57,361 nucleotides of DNA from Bdellovibrionales bacterium (GTDB taxonomy: Bacteria; Bdellovibrionota; Bdellovibrionia; Bdellovibrionales; Bdellovibrionaceae): contig JANMPT010000074.1 of the NCBI GenBank assembly GCA_031370005.1, positions 1 through 57,361 on the forward strand, written 5' to 3'. Below the pieces are notes generated by a model. The model was given only the letters and a program-made list of their open reading frames with translations. It was not told the DNA's origin and searched no databases. Positions within the stretch are counted from its first letter, which is position 1; each line of letters starts with the position of its first letter. This document shows, one piece after another, positions 39,134-47,658 of the stretch. The translations under genes were made by a program, and so were the position numbers.

Positions 39134-40989
39134 TCCTCCTCTTGCCAATTGCTGCTGTTTTGAAGTGACTTCATGAGGTTGTTTTTCTGTTTTTGAAACT
39201 CGGGAAGGCTTAGCACTAACTCTGTAAGCTCAGGGCCCACTTGAAATTTGGCAGGAGTGTCCCAGATGAGTGTGGTTGCAAGGTTTCCCTGTTTGATATT
39301 CTGATCCACTAAGAAGTTAAAATAGGCTCTTTCAAAGCGACGTTTCTGCGTGTCTTTGGAAAGACTGCGCAGGTCTGCTCTTTGCCAATCAATGAAGTCC
39401 AGAAAAAGAGTGTTGTCGCATTTTTTTAAATCCATTGAGTCCAGTTTTGGAATCGATAAAAGGCGTAGGCAGGGGTCTTGAAACGCACTAAAGCGAACGC
39501 TAGCTCCAGTGGCACCATTTTTTTCGGCAACAAATTGCCACACGAGTTGCTCCGCTTTTTGGCCAATGGTTTTGAGACTATTCCAGTCTTTTAGCTCAAA
39601 AGCTAATTGAGCGGCCCATCGTAAAATCTCTGGATCGGGAGTCTTGCCATTAGTTTTAGTTTTTAGGTCACTAAGTAGAGATTTTTTTTGATCGGCCCGC
39701 ATCCAGCGAGAAAGATCGGGCGTGTATTTTTTAATAACTTCTTTAGTATATCCAAGCCAAGGCTCTGCCTCCACAGCATCAAGGGCCGCAAGAATTTGCT
39801 GCCGCTCTTCACCTGGAATTTCTTCGCCGCGAAGGGGATTAATTTCATTGCGGTCAATGAGGGTATTAAATGCCTGAGAGTTATGATCATAGATGAAAAG
39901 AGTATGATTACTTAGAACCGCAGAACGGCGATTACTGAAGCCGCGCCACTGTGCCCAGTCGGACTCTAGGAGCATTAGGCGATTTTCCGGCCAGTTCACT
40001 TGATTTTTTTGAATTAACCGCGACAAAGAATAAACTGAAAATATTTCTGCAGGCTTATTTGGATTTTGGGGCATACCAACAAGTTCAAATAGGCTTTGCC
40101 CAAGATCTACGAGACTGACATTGCGATCGATTTTCCATTGTAAGGCATCATCGTGGTCTTTTTGTGGGAGCTTTATGAAAAGAGCGACTTGAGTATTTTC
40201 ACTATGAAGATTGCTGGGGCCCAATTCATTTGGGCGGTCGTCGCTCGTGTGACCATTGAGCCCGACGACGATGAGTGTAGTATTGTTCCAACGTTGCGCG
40301 GTCTTGAGTTCACTAAAGAGCGTATATAGATTGTTATCGAGTTCGTCGAGTTGGCTCTCGTGGGAAAGATTTCGAGCTTCGCCGAACTCATTGGTAGTAA
40401 GGGTATTTGTGAATGTAAGATCCGGAGCGTAAACCATTGCGAAGAAGTTTGAGGAGCGCCCGAGGTCCAGACGAATCCACTGTAGCAATGATTTTATAGA
40501 TGATATGAAGGGTCTATAGAGGGATTGCCGGGACGGAACGATGTTGTCGTCAAAAAGCTCAAAGCCTTGATTAAGTCCGGACTTTCTCCAAACAGGAGGG
40601 CCCCCGGAGAAAAATGCAGTACGATATTTTTTTTCTAAAGCAACTTCGGCTACTGTTACAAACTGAGGAGCAAGGCTCGGTTGTCCATTGTTGCGCACCC
40701 GATGTTGAAAAGGATAAAGGCCAGTTAGGATGCTGGCTAGAGTTGGCACTGTTAAAGTTGAGGGATTGAAAGCGTGGGTGAAACGCACGGATTCTTTACA
40801 AAGAATTTCGAAGCCAGATTTCTTTGTATTTGTCATGTCTTCGTTACAGAGAACATCAAGGACACTGAGGTTATCAACCGCAATAACCAGTATGGAAGGT
40901 TTTGTAGAAGACTGACAGGATGGCTGGACTAGACTTGCTGCCAGTACCAATAATATTGCAATAATAGAGGATGCCTTGACCGCATTCAT
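39130..40989 (-). CDS. Sulfatase-like (alkaline phosphatase superfamily) lipoprotein
   Basis: PSILVIAVDNL, TVPTLASILTGLYP.QH, GLNQGF, VSLVDL. Confidence 0.8.
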   Translation of the reverse strand: MNAVKASSIIAILLVLAASLVQPSCQSSTKPSILVIAVDNLSVLDVLCNEDMTNTKKSGFEILCKESVRFTHAFNPSTLTVPTLASILTGLYPFQHRVRNNGQPSLAPQFVTVAEVALEKKYRTAFFSGGPPVWRKSGLNQGFELFDDNIVPSRQSLYRPFISSIKSLLQWIRLDLGRSSNFFAMVYAPDLTFTNTLTTNEFGEARNLSHESQLDELDNNLYTLFSELKTAQRWNNTTLIVVGLNGHTSDDRPNELGPSNLHSENTQVALFIKLPQKDHDDALQWKIDRNVSLVDLGQSLFELVGMPQNPNKPAEIFSVYSLSRLIQKNQVNWPENRLMLLESDWAQWRGFSNRRSAVLSNHTLFIYDHNSQAFNTLIDRNEINPLRGEEIPGEERQQILAALDAVEAEPWLGYTKEVIKKYTPDLSRWMRADQKKSLLSDLKTKTNGKTPDPEILRWAAQLAFELKDWNSLKTIGQKAEQLVWQFVAEKNGATGASVRFSAFQDPCLRLLSIPKLDSMDLKKCDNTLFLDFIDWQRADLRSLSKDTQKRRFERAYFNFLVDQNIKQGNLATTLIWDTPAKFQVGPELTELVLSLPEFQKQKNNLMKSLQNSSNWQEED

Positions 40990-41043
40990 GAGATTTAGTG
41001 ATAATGATTTAATTATCTAGGAGAGTCAAAGAAAGGACCATTC

Positions 41044-41679
41044 ATGCCCGTACTTAGCGAGAAAATTTTTGCAGTCGCTCATTTGGCCGATCAGGTTGTT
41101 TTGTGGATCTTGGTGGTGTTGAGTGTTTTGAGTATTGGCATGATCTTAGAAAGATTTTTCGCTCTTCATAGAATCTCAGCACAATCGGCACTCGTGCGCA
41201 CGCGCATCCGTATGGCTTTACAGAGCAATAGTGTTGAGGATATCGAAATCATTGCTAAAGATATTGAGAGCCTTGAGGGGCGCGCGGCGAGTTACGCTTT
41301 AAAACATATGAAAGACAGTGGTAGCCGCGGATTGGAGGAGGTTTTTAATACCTTCTCGCTGACTGAGAAACCTGATCTAGAAAGATTCCTGAGCTTTTTG
41401 GCGACTGTTGGTTCAAATGCTCCCTATATTGGTTTGTTGGGAACGGTTTTGGGAATCATGAAAGCCTTTAATGATTTGGCAATGTCAGCAGAGGCGGGTC
41501 AGCAAACTGTTATGGCGGGGATTTCATTGGCGCTTGTTGCGACGGCAGCGGGTCTTTTTGTGGCGATTCCGGCAGTTATTTCATACAATTATTATAGCAA
41601 AAAAGTTCGTGGTATTATGCAAGGCCTTGAGGCCGTTAAGGAGCTTTGTCTCGCGTACGCCAAGAAAAAAGGTGTGTAG
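41044..41679 (+). CDS. MotA/TolQ/ExbB proton channel protein
   Basis: LATVGSNAPYIGLLGTVLGIM, ALVATAAGLFVAIPA. Confidence 0.92.
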   Translation: MPVLSEKIFAVAHLADQVVLWILVVLSVLSIGMILERFFALHRISAQSALVRTRIRMALQSNSVEDIEIIAKDIESLEGRAASYALKHMKDSGSRGLEEVFNTFSLTEKPDLERFLSFLATVGSNAPYIGLLGTVLGIMKAFNDLAMSAEAGQQTVMAGISLALVATAAGLFVAIPAVISYNYYSKKVRGIMQGLEAVKELCLAYAKKKGV

Positions 41680-41680
41680 T

Positions 41681-42085
41681 ATGGCAATGAAGATGGATCT
41701 CGACAATGAAGCCATAGCGGACATTAACGTTGTTCCGCTTGTGGATATCATTCTTGTGGTGTTGATTATCTTCATGGTGACGGCACCTATGTTTATTAAA
41801 CCGACAATCAATGTGAATTTGCCAAAAGCAGCCAGCGGCGATCAGACAGCGCCGAGCAAATTGAATATTGCATTGACGGTGGATGGTCGTATAAACCTCA
41901 ATGGAGTTTTTGTGGACGAAGCGACCGTTAGGCAAAGGGCTATGGATGAAGTTGTTAAAAACGCAGATGTTCAAGCCATAATCTCAGCAGATAAAGATGT
42001 CCCTCACGGAAAAGTGATAGGCCTCCTAGACATTGTTAAAACCGCCGGCGTAAAAAAATTCGCCATCTCAATCGATAAGAAATAA
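41681..42085 (+). CDS. ExbD/TolR family protein
   Basis: INVVPLVDIILVVLIIFMVTAP, VNLPKA, ISADK. Confidence 0.92.
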   Translation: MAMKMDLDNEAIADINVVPLVDIILVVLIIFMVTAPMFIKPTINVNLPKAASGDQTAPSKLNIALTVDGRINLNGVFVDEATVRQRAMDEVVKNADVQAIISADKDVPHGKVIGLLDIVKTAGVKKFAISIDKK

Positions 42086-42112
42086 AAGGTACGCCCTACC
42101 TTTTTCGGATGC
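42083..42112 (+). repeat. Left 30-bp REP-like inverted repeat of RAYT element
   Basis: TAAAAGGTACGCCCTACCTTTTTCGGATGC; 29/30 identical to the reverse complement of 42822-42851; internal hairpin. Confidence 0.9.
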
Positions 42113-42114
42113 AT

Positions 42115-42756
42115 CTAGTCGAAGTGGGGTAGGCTTAGTTCAACTATTTTTCCGTTATTTTTATCCTGTTGAATTTTAAACTCATGTTTTTTGAGACCCT
42201 TGCGAATACAGTTGAGAGCGGAGTCTTCTATTTTTTGGTTTAGCCACCTTAGAGCGGCAAATGGATTTTCTCCGATGATATTGTCTCCACTGACAGGGAT
42301 GACTGATCTTTGCAGACCAAAAATATTACGAATTGTACTGTAGGGATAATCTTCGACGTTCTGACAGAGCCCGGCTCTAATTGGATTCTGATAAACATAC
42401 TTATAAGCATTATAATAATGGGCATCGGTTTTTAACAAGCTACGGTGGTACGGGCCGCCAAATATCTGATTCGTCCTTTTTGAAATTCGACCTATTTCTT
42501 TGCTGACCTCTCTTAGGAAATAATTCATCGCTTGATCAAGATTTGAATGAGGAGTTTTAAGGATCATGTGAAAGTGATTATTCATCAGTACGAAATTGTG
42601 AATCTCAAGGCTGTAGGCTTTTTGGATAAAAAAAAGATAGTCGCTGTAAATATCCCAGACATCCGGCATCGGAAGTTTATACCACTCCTGATTTCTTGAG
42701 CGCGCAGTAATGTGATAAGGGAAGTCCGAGCTAGGAGTAAATTTTTTTCTAGGCAT
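42115..42756 (-). mobile_element. REP-associated tyrosine transposase (RAYT/TnpA-REP)
   Basis: MPRK, YHITAR, FVLMNNHFH (HUH), YVYQNPIRAGLC, YPYST. Confidence 0.9.
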
Positions 42757-42768
42757 TAAGATCTGGGC

Positions 42769-42784
42769 AGCAAAAATCTAGCCA
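42769..42784 (-). promoter_or_regulatory. Sigma54 (-24/-12) promoter upstream of RAYT
   Basis: TGGCTAGATTTTTGCT: GG-N10-GC; predicted +1 near 42758, beside ATG 42756. Confidence 0.6.
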
Positions 42785-42802
42785 GTCCTATATCGCAATA
42801 AA

Positions 42803-43558
42803 TTAATATCCGCGACCGGGCGCATCCGAAAAAGGTACGGCGTACCTTTTAAGGCAACGGGAGGTTTTGAGAAAATGAAATAAAGACGTGATTTCTGTGC
42901 TGGTTAAGCACTCGCAGGCATCGATAATGTCTAGTCCTGAACGAAGGTGCTCAAAGAACTCGAATTCTTTGATGCTGATTTGCTGAACGTAAACTTGTTG
43001 ATCTAGTTTGTAGAAAGCTAAACATTGAGGATTTTGCCACTTCTCTGGAGGGACGGACTCGTTTTTTAAGGACTTCCAAATGTCAAAAAGACAAAAATCG
43101 GATTTAAGCACATCAAAGTCGCTAACCAACATCAATTTTTTGTCGTCGTTTCCGAGAAGAGTAATAAGCTCTTCTCCAGCCAAAGCCTGCTCAGTAGCGG
43201 CATGAAAGACCTTTTTGTGCAGCCATCCTAAATGTGCGAGATCTGCTAAGAAGGGGAACTCTTGGCTAATCGGATGAGAAATTAAAAAATCAATAAACTT
43301 AACGGAGTAATCAGAAAGATTATAGCTGAGAGAAGAATGTAAAAAAATGAACTCGCGGCAGACTTCAAAAAAAAGATCATCTCCCAGAACGGACCAAACT
43401 GATTCATAAGTGTCACCGAGAGTTTCTGTTAGGCGCGCCACATAGCCGCGCTGATAAACCGCAAAAGCCTCTTGAGTGCTTAAGCCTCCAGCGGCCTGAT
43501 AGTTGTCAGGCACTTGGCCTTTGGCGGCCACACAATTATAAAAGAGCTGATTTTTCAT
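42803..43558 (-). CDS. DUF2063 MNIO partner protein (BufC-like)
   Basis: AFAVYQRGYVARLTETLGDTY..V..VLGDDLF, FLADLAHL; AAGGAG SD before ATG 43558. Confidence 0.85.
   Translation of the reverse strand: MKNQLFYNCVAAKGQVPDNYQAAGGLSTQEAFAVYQRGYVARLTETLGDTYESVWSVLGDDLFFEVCREFIFLHSSLSYNLSDYSVKFIDFLISHPISQEFPFLADLAHLGWLHKKVFHAATEQALAGEELITLLGNDDKKLMLVSDFDVLKSDFCLFDIWKSLKNESVPPEKWQNPQCLAFYKLDQQVYVQQISIKEFEFFEHLRSGLDIIDACECLTSTEITSLFHFLKTSRCLKRYAVPFSDAPGRGY
42822..42851 (-). repeat. Right 30-bp REP-like inverted repeat of RAYT element
   Basis: GCATCCGAAAAAGGTACGGCGTACCTTTTA with hairpin AAAAGGTAC-GGC-GTACCTTTT. Confidence 0.9.
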
Positions 43559-44423
43559 AAGCTCCTTTTGAAGAATGGGCTTTAACCCACAAGGTTTGCG
43601 CCATGAGCAATTCGTTTTCAAGCACATCAAAGGCAGGAACATCGTCGTCCCATTCAATTAAGACCGGAACAGATTCTAATTCTTTTGCCTTATACTCAAA
43701 CAGCTTCCATACATTTTCGTGGACAGATTTTGAGTGAGTATCAAAGAGGTAGGTTCCCATATCGGTAAATCCCCCCAAATGAATTTGGCCAATGAGTTCT
43801 TTGGGAATTGCTTGTAGGTAGATTTTTGGATCGAAGTTAAAATTCACTGCATTTACGTAAAGATTATTAATATCAAGCAAAATTTTGCAGCCCGCAGAAC
43901 GAGCCACCTGAACGACAAAGTCCCATTCGGTGAACTCTGCTGCGCGGGATTGAACATAGGCCGAAATATTCTCTATTAAAATTTGGCGACCCAAGAATTC
44001 TTGGGCCTGCTGAATATTGCGTACGAGTCCTTCCATGCTTGCGCGAGTATACTCAATAGGCAGCAAATCGTGGGAGTAATGAGTGCCAAGCTTAGTCCAG
44101 CAAATATGATCGGATACAATAAAAGGATCAACCTCATCAACGAGTTTTTTAAGACGTGCTAAGTATGTTTCACTCAAGCCCTCAGGGGAGCCCAAAGACA
44201 TTGAGACTCCGTGTAGTGCTAGAGGAAAATCTTGGCGAATCATTTGAAGAATTTTTCGTGGGCGACCAAAGGAGTCCATGTAATTTTCGGAAATGGCCTC
44301 AAACCATTTCACCGAACCCGCGCCGTGTTCGAGTAGATGAGGATAGTGGGTGGCTCGCAGACCCACTCCACCATAGAAATCAGATTTGGAATTTGATTTT
44401 ACATTGAAGTTCCGGATTTCCAT
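43536..44423 (-). CDS. DUF692 multinuclear non-heme iron oxidase (MNIO, BufB-like)
   Basis: GVGLR..HY, FEAISEN, LHGVSMSLG, VSDH, HDLLP, ENIS, LLDINN, IHLGG, DTH, LIEWD. Confidence 0.93.
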   Translation of the reverse strand: MEIRNFNVKSNSKSDFYGGVGLRATHYPHLLEHGAGSVKWFEAISENYMDSFGRPRKILQMIRQDFPLALHGVSMSLGSPEGLSETYLARLKKLVDEVDPFIVSDHICWTKLGTHYSHDLLPIEYTRASMEGLVRNIQQAQEFLGRQILIENISAYVQSRAAEFTEWDFVVQVARSAGCKILLDINNLYVNAVNFNFDPKIYLQAIPKELIGQIHLGGFTDMGTYLFDTHSKSVHENVWKLFEYKAKELESVPVLIEWDDDVPAFDVLENELLMAQTLWVKAHSSKGAYEKSALL

Positions 44424-44689
44424 TTACCTTTCTTTGCGCCGCAGTCTTTTTCAGACATTTTTACCCAACCCTTGCCCTTGCATGCGTTTTTACCCGCGCA
44501 CTCATGACCAGAGCCGCCGCACTCGCCTTTGCCTTTGCAGGAGTTTACGCCAGTGCATTCACCCATTGCAACAGCTTTGCTATCTGCTGGTGTCGCCGCT
44601 TTTTTCGCTGCCTCATTGGCTGAGCCAACACTTGCTGCTGCCATAATGCCGGCTGCTGCTGCGCCAAGAATCATCATTTTCTTATTCAT
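44399..44689 (-). CDS. Six-cysteine bufferin-type RiPP precursor (BufA2-like) with signal peptide
   Basis: ECTGVNSCKGKGEC...ECAGKNACKGKGW....DC; GGAGG SD; directly upstream of DUF692. Confidence 0.85.
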   Translation of the reverse strand: MNKKMMILGAAAAGIMAAASVGSANEAAKKAATPADSKAVAMGECTGVNSCKGKGECGGSGHECAGKNACKGKGWVKMSEKDCGAKKGKWKSGTSM

Positions 44690-44719
44690 TTAGTTCCTCC
44701 TTGATAGAATAAGGTTAAT

Positions 44720-45301
44720 TTATTTTTTTGCTGCTGTTGGGGCGGCTTCGCCCTCTATGGAGAGAATAACTTCATCACCCACAGTGACGCCGCCTTTGTC
44801 TAAGGCTTTATTCCAAGTAATACCAAAATCTTTGCGGTCGATCTTTGTCGTTGCGGCAAAAGCAATTTTATTATTTCCCCAAGGATCCACGACAGTACCT
44901 CGATAGTCTAAATCAAATGTTACTTTTTTGGATTTATCGCGAATTTTTAAAGTGCCAATGATTTTTACTGGCTTTTCGCCCGTGTATTCAACTTTTTCAC
45001 TTTTGAAAGTCATTTTTGGGAACTTATCAACACTAAAAAAATCGTTCGAACGTAAATGTTTATCGCGATCAGCCTCATTGGTATCGATAGATACTGTATC
45101 AGCCTCTACATTGATGTTACTTAATTTGTTTTTTACTGGGTCAAAGTCAAAAGTGCCAGTGAATTTTTTGAAGTGACCTTTTACATTTGAAATCATCAAG
45201 TGTTTGACCGAAAAACTTAGGTCAGTATGGGAGGGGTCAATACTGTAGGGTGCCGCGGATGCGGAAACAGCCATTAAAAAAAGAACAAAAAATGCCTTCA
45301 T
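44720..45301 (-). CDS. YceI family periplasmic protein
   Basis: IDPSHT..FSVKHLMISNVKG.F, SIDT...RDKHLRS.DFF, DPWG, IDRKDFGITWN. Confidence 0.93.
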   Translation of the reverse strand: MKAFFVLFLMAVSASAAPYSIDPSHTDLSFSVKHLMISNVKGHFKKFTGTFDFDPVKNKLSNINVEADTVSIDTNEADRDKHLRSNDFFSVDKFPKMTFKSEKVEYTGEKPVKIIGTLKIRDKSKKVTFDLDYRGTVVDPWGNNKIAFAATTKIDRKDFGITWNKALDKGGVTVGDEVILSIEGEAAPTAAKK

Positions 45302-45415
45302 GGGTTCTCCTCATTTAGATCTATATTTAAGTTGTACAGCGCATAGACTAAAGACGAGACATAGTTAAAGTCAAATAGAGTTTAGTCTATATTCATAGTA
45401 TCAAAATGACACGCC

Positions 45416-45443
45416 TAAAGTCCCGTCAAATTTCCGCCGAATA
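45416..45443 (+). promoter_or_regulatory. Sigma28 (FliA)-like promoter
   Basis: TAAAG-N15-GCCGAATA, ending 7 nt before ATG 45451. Confidence 0.6.
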
Positions 45444-45450
45444 TGAGAGC

Positions 45451-45987
45451 ATGAATGATTCGAAAACAGAGTGGAAATTCATTGTAACGACAGCTTTTTT
45501 GGTGGCCACGATTGCCATTCCAACGCTGGCATCTTTAGTGGTCCCGGATGAAGACTTGCAGCGAATGCCTAAGACGCCTTATTCGAATGAACAGAAAGCT
45601 CGTCTGCCATCGAGTCTTCCGGAGCCGGGCTCACCGAAGCTGGAGGCGCTTGTCCCAGATGCAAAAAAAGAATTGAGCAACAATAGCAACAGTCTTATCA
45701 GTTATGATTTTAGTTGCGCGAAAATAAAAATGTCGGATTTTAAAGTCAAAGGCGCGTTCCTTCAGCTGAGAGGCAGGGACTGCGCTAAGAGTTCTCAAAG
45801 TCCAAAATTAAACATCACCAATAAAACAAATGGCTTCACGGCATCAGTCTTTTTGTTAAACACAAAAGAATATCAGACAGACCTGATCCAGTTAAAAGAA
45901 GGTGAGAACCAAATCTCCATAGAGTATCAAACGCCCTCGGGCCAAGTTGAAGAGCATGTCTTAAATGTCAAGTCTGATGCTATTTAA
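45451..45987 (+). CDS. Membrane-anchored hypothetical protein with Ig-like C-terminus
   Basis: N-terminal TM; NKTNGFTASVF, TDLIQLKEGENQI. Start set at 45451 because the promoter lies inside the longer ORF. Confidence 0.7.
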   Translation: MNDSKTEWKFIVTTAFLVATIAIPTLASLVVPDEDLQRMPKTPYSNEQKARLPSSLPEPGSPKLEALVPDAKKELSNNSNSLISYDFSCAKIKMSDFKVKGAFLQLRGRDCAKSSQSPKLNITNKTNGFTASVFLLNTKEYQTDLIQLKEGENQISIEYQTPSGQVEEHVLNVKSDAI

Positions 45988-46099
45988 TTTAACAAAAACT
46001 CCCATGCTTTACCCTCTTAATTAAAATATTAACGCACAATATACAAAATTCAGTGATTTAGGGTTTGATCATTTACTAGAGCTTCCTTATGGTGCTGCC

Positions 46100-46777
46100 G
46101 TGATGACAGAATACGTAATAGACACTTTGGATAGTTTAAATAATTTGGAACTTAGAAAACGATCTGACATTCATTTGGCGCGTAAGATTTGGCACATGGC
46201 AGGGGTTTTTGGCATGTTCCTCGCCTACGTTTTTTTGCCGGAAACAGTTTCATTGATAATTTTGGCCTTGTCAGTGCTTCTCTTTCTGCCAGTTGATTTT
46301 CTGCGCCATAAAAATCCAGCTTTCAATGACTGGATTGTCCATGCTTTTAAGCCCATCATGCGAGATCATGAGGTTCATAAGATTGCAGGATCCACTTACC
46401 TTTTATGCGGAGTATGTTTAATTGTTGCTGCCTTTCCGCGTCCAGTCGTTGCTCTGACTTTATTGTTTCTAGCATTTGCAGATCCTATCGCCTCTTTTGT
46501 GGGAATTAAGTATGGGAAAGACAAGGTCTTTGGGCATAAATCCATTCAAGGTTTCATGGCGGCTTTTGTAGTTTGTACTGTGGCGACAGCCATTTATTTA
46601 ATTTATTACAATGTTATGTTTGATCGCGTGATTGTTGTCAGTCTCCTCGCCGGACTTATCGGCGCACTCGCGGAGCTTGTTCCGATCGGAAAAATAGATG
46701 ATAATTTCACACTGCCCGTATTGAGTGGACTTGGTCTTTATATTTTATTCTACTTATTTGGTCTCTTTGCCGGGTAA
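46100..46777 (+). CDS. Diacylglycerol/phytol/dolichol kinase family (CTP-dependent) membrane protein
   Basis: ARKIWH, AFADPIASFVG, KSIQG, IDDNFTLP. Confidence 0.85.
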   Translation: MMTEYVIDTLDSLNNLELRKRSDIHLARKIWHMAGVFGMFLAYVFLPETVSLIILALSVLLFLPVDFLRHKNPAFNDWIVHAFKPIMRDHEVHKIAGSTYLLCGVCLIVAAFPRPVVALTLLFLAFADPIASFVGIKYGKDKVFGHKSIQGFMAAFVVCTVATAIYLIYYNVMFDRVIVVSLLAGLIGALAELVPIGKIDDNFTLPVLSGLGLYILFYLFGLFAG

Positions 46778-46806
46778 GGTCGGCATCAATATAAAGGAAA
46801 TATCTT

Positions 46807-47658
46807 ATGGCAGATAATACGGCATCTTCTGACAATGGGGAAACTGGCGGCAAGAGGCTGGCAATTTATATTTATGTTTTGCCAAACCTAATGACCACAG
46901 GAAATCTTTTTTGCGGTTTTTTTGCAATCATCCAAGCATTGAAATCCAATTTCATTTACGGTGCTTATGCCATTGTTGCCGCTGCTATTTTTGATTTGCT
47001 CGATGGCCGTTTAGCACGCTTGACCCGTTCGACCAGTAAGTTCGGTGCCGAATATGATTCTTTGTGCGACCTCGTCAGCTTTGGCGTGGCCCCTGGAATT
47101 ATGCTTTTCCAATGGGCTTTGAATCCTTTTGGCCGTTTGGGTTGGATTGCTTGCTTTCTGTTTGTTACTTGTGGAGCCCTTCGATTGGCTCGATTCAATG
47201 TTCAAGCGAATATTGTCGAGAAAAACTATTTTCAAGGTCTGCCGATTCCCATGGCTGCAGGTATCGTGGCGTCTTCAATTTTGGCCTTTCAAGATTTAGA
47301 GCTTGGAGCTAGTGGCAACGTGGGTCTTTTGGTCATGACGGTTCTTTTGGCTTTCGTGATGGTGAGTAATTTTCGTTATCGTAGCTTCAAAGATTTGGAT
47401 CTTAAGGAGCGCATGCCCTTCCGATATTTGCTTCTTGGAGTTGGCGTTCTTGTGATCGTAGCGCTTCGTCCAGAGGTCATGCTCTTTGTTCTTTTTTTCG
47501 GTTATGCGATTTTGGGGGCGGTCTTTGGAGTCTTCAAGTTGGGCAAAGCTGCACGTAAGATTCGTCCGAGTGTCTATGCTCCAGCTCAAGTGAACGAAGA
47601 CGATCTTATCGAGGAAGATGAAGAAACAGGAAATCCTAAAAATGAAACGAAAGCTTAA
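46807..47658 (+). CDS. pssA: CDP-diacylglycerol--serine O-phosphatidyltransferase
   Basis: LPNLMT, DLLDGRLAR....S.FGAEYDSLCDLVSFGVAP, LRLARFN, FQGLPIP. Confidence 0.93.
   Translation: MADNTASSDNGETGGKRLAIYIYVLPNLMTTGNLFCGFFAIIQALKSNFIYGAYAIVAAAIFDLLDGRLARLTRSTSKFGAEYDSLCDLVSFGVAPGIMLFQWALNPFGRLGWIACFLFVTCGALRLARFNVQANIVEKNYFQGLPIPMAAGIVASSILAFQDLELGASGNVGLLVMTVLLAFVMVSNFRYRSFKDLDLKERMPFRYLLLGVGVLVIVALRPEVMLFVLFFGYAILGAVFGVFKLGKAARKIRPSVYAPAQVNEDDLIEEDEETGNPKNETKA

Noticed and set aside
41471..41680. Longer ExbD ORF or ExbB-ExbD frameshift fusion
   Set aside because: ExbB ends normally at 41679 and ExbD starts at ATG 41681; the extension is off-frame overlap
44460..44570. Short DNA repeats suggesting a CRISPR or tandem array
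   Set aside because: Explained by the duplicated CxGxNxCKGKG peptide motif; no spacer-repeat array or cas genes in the window
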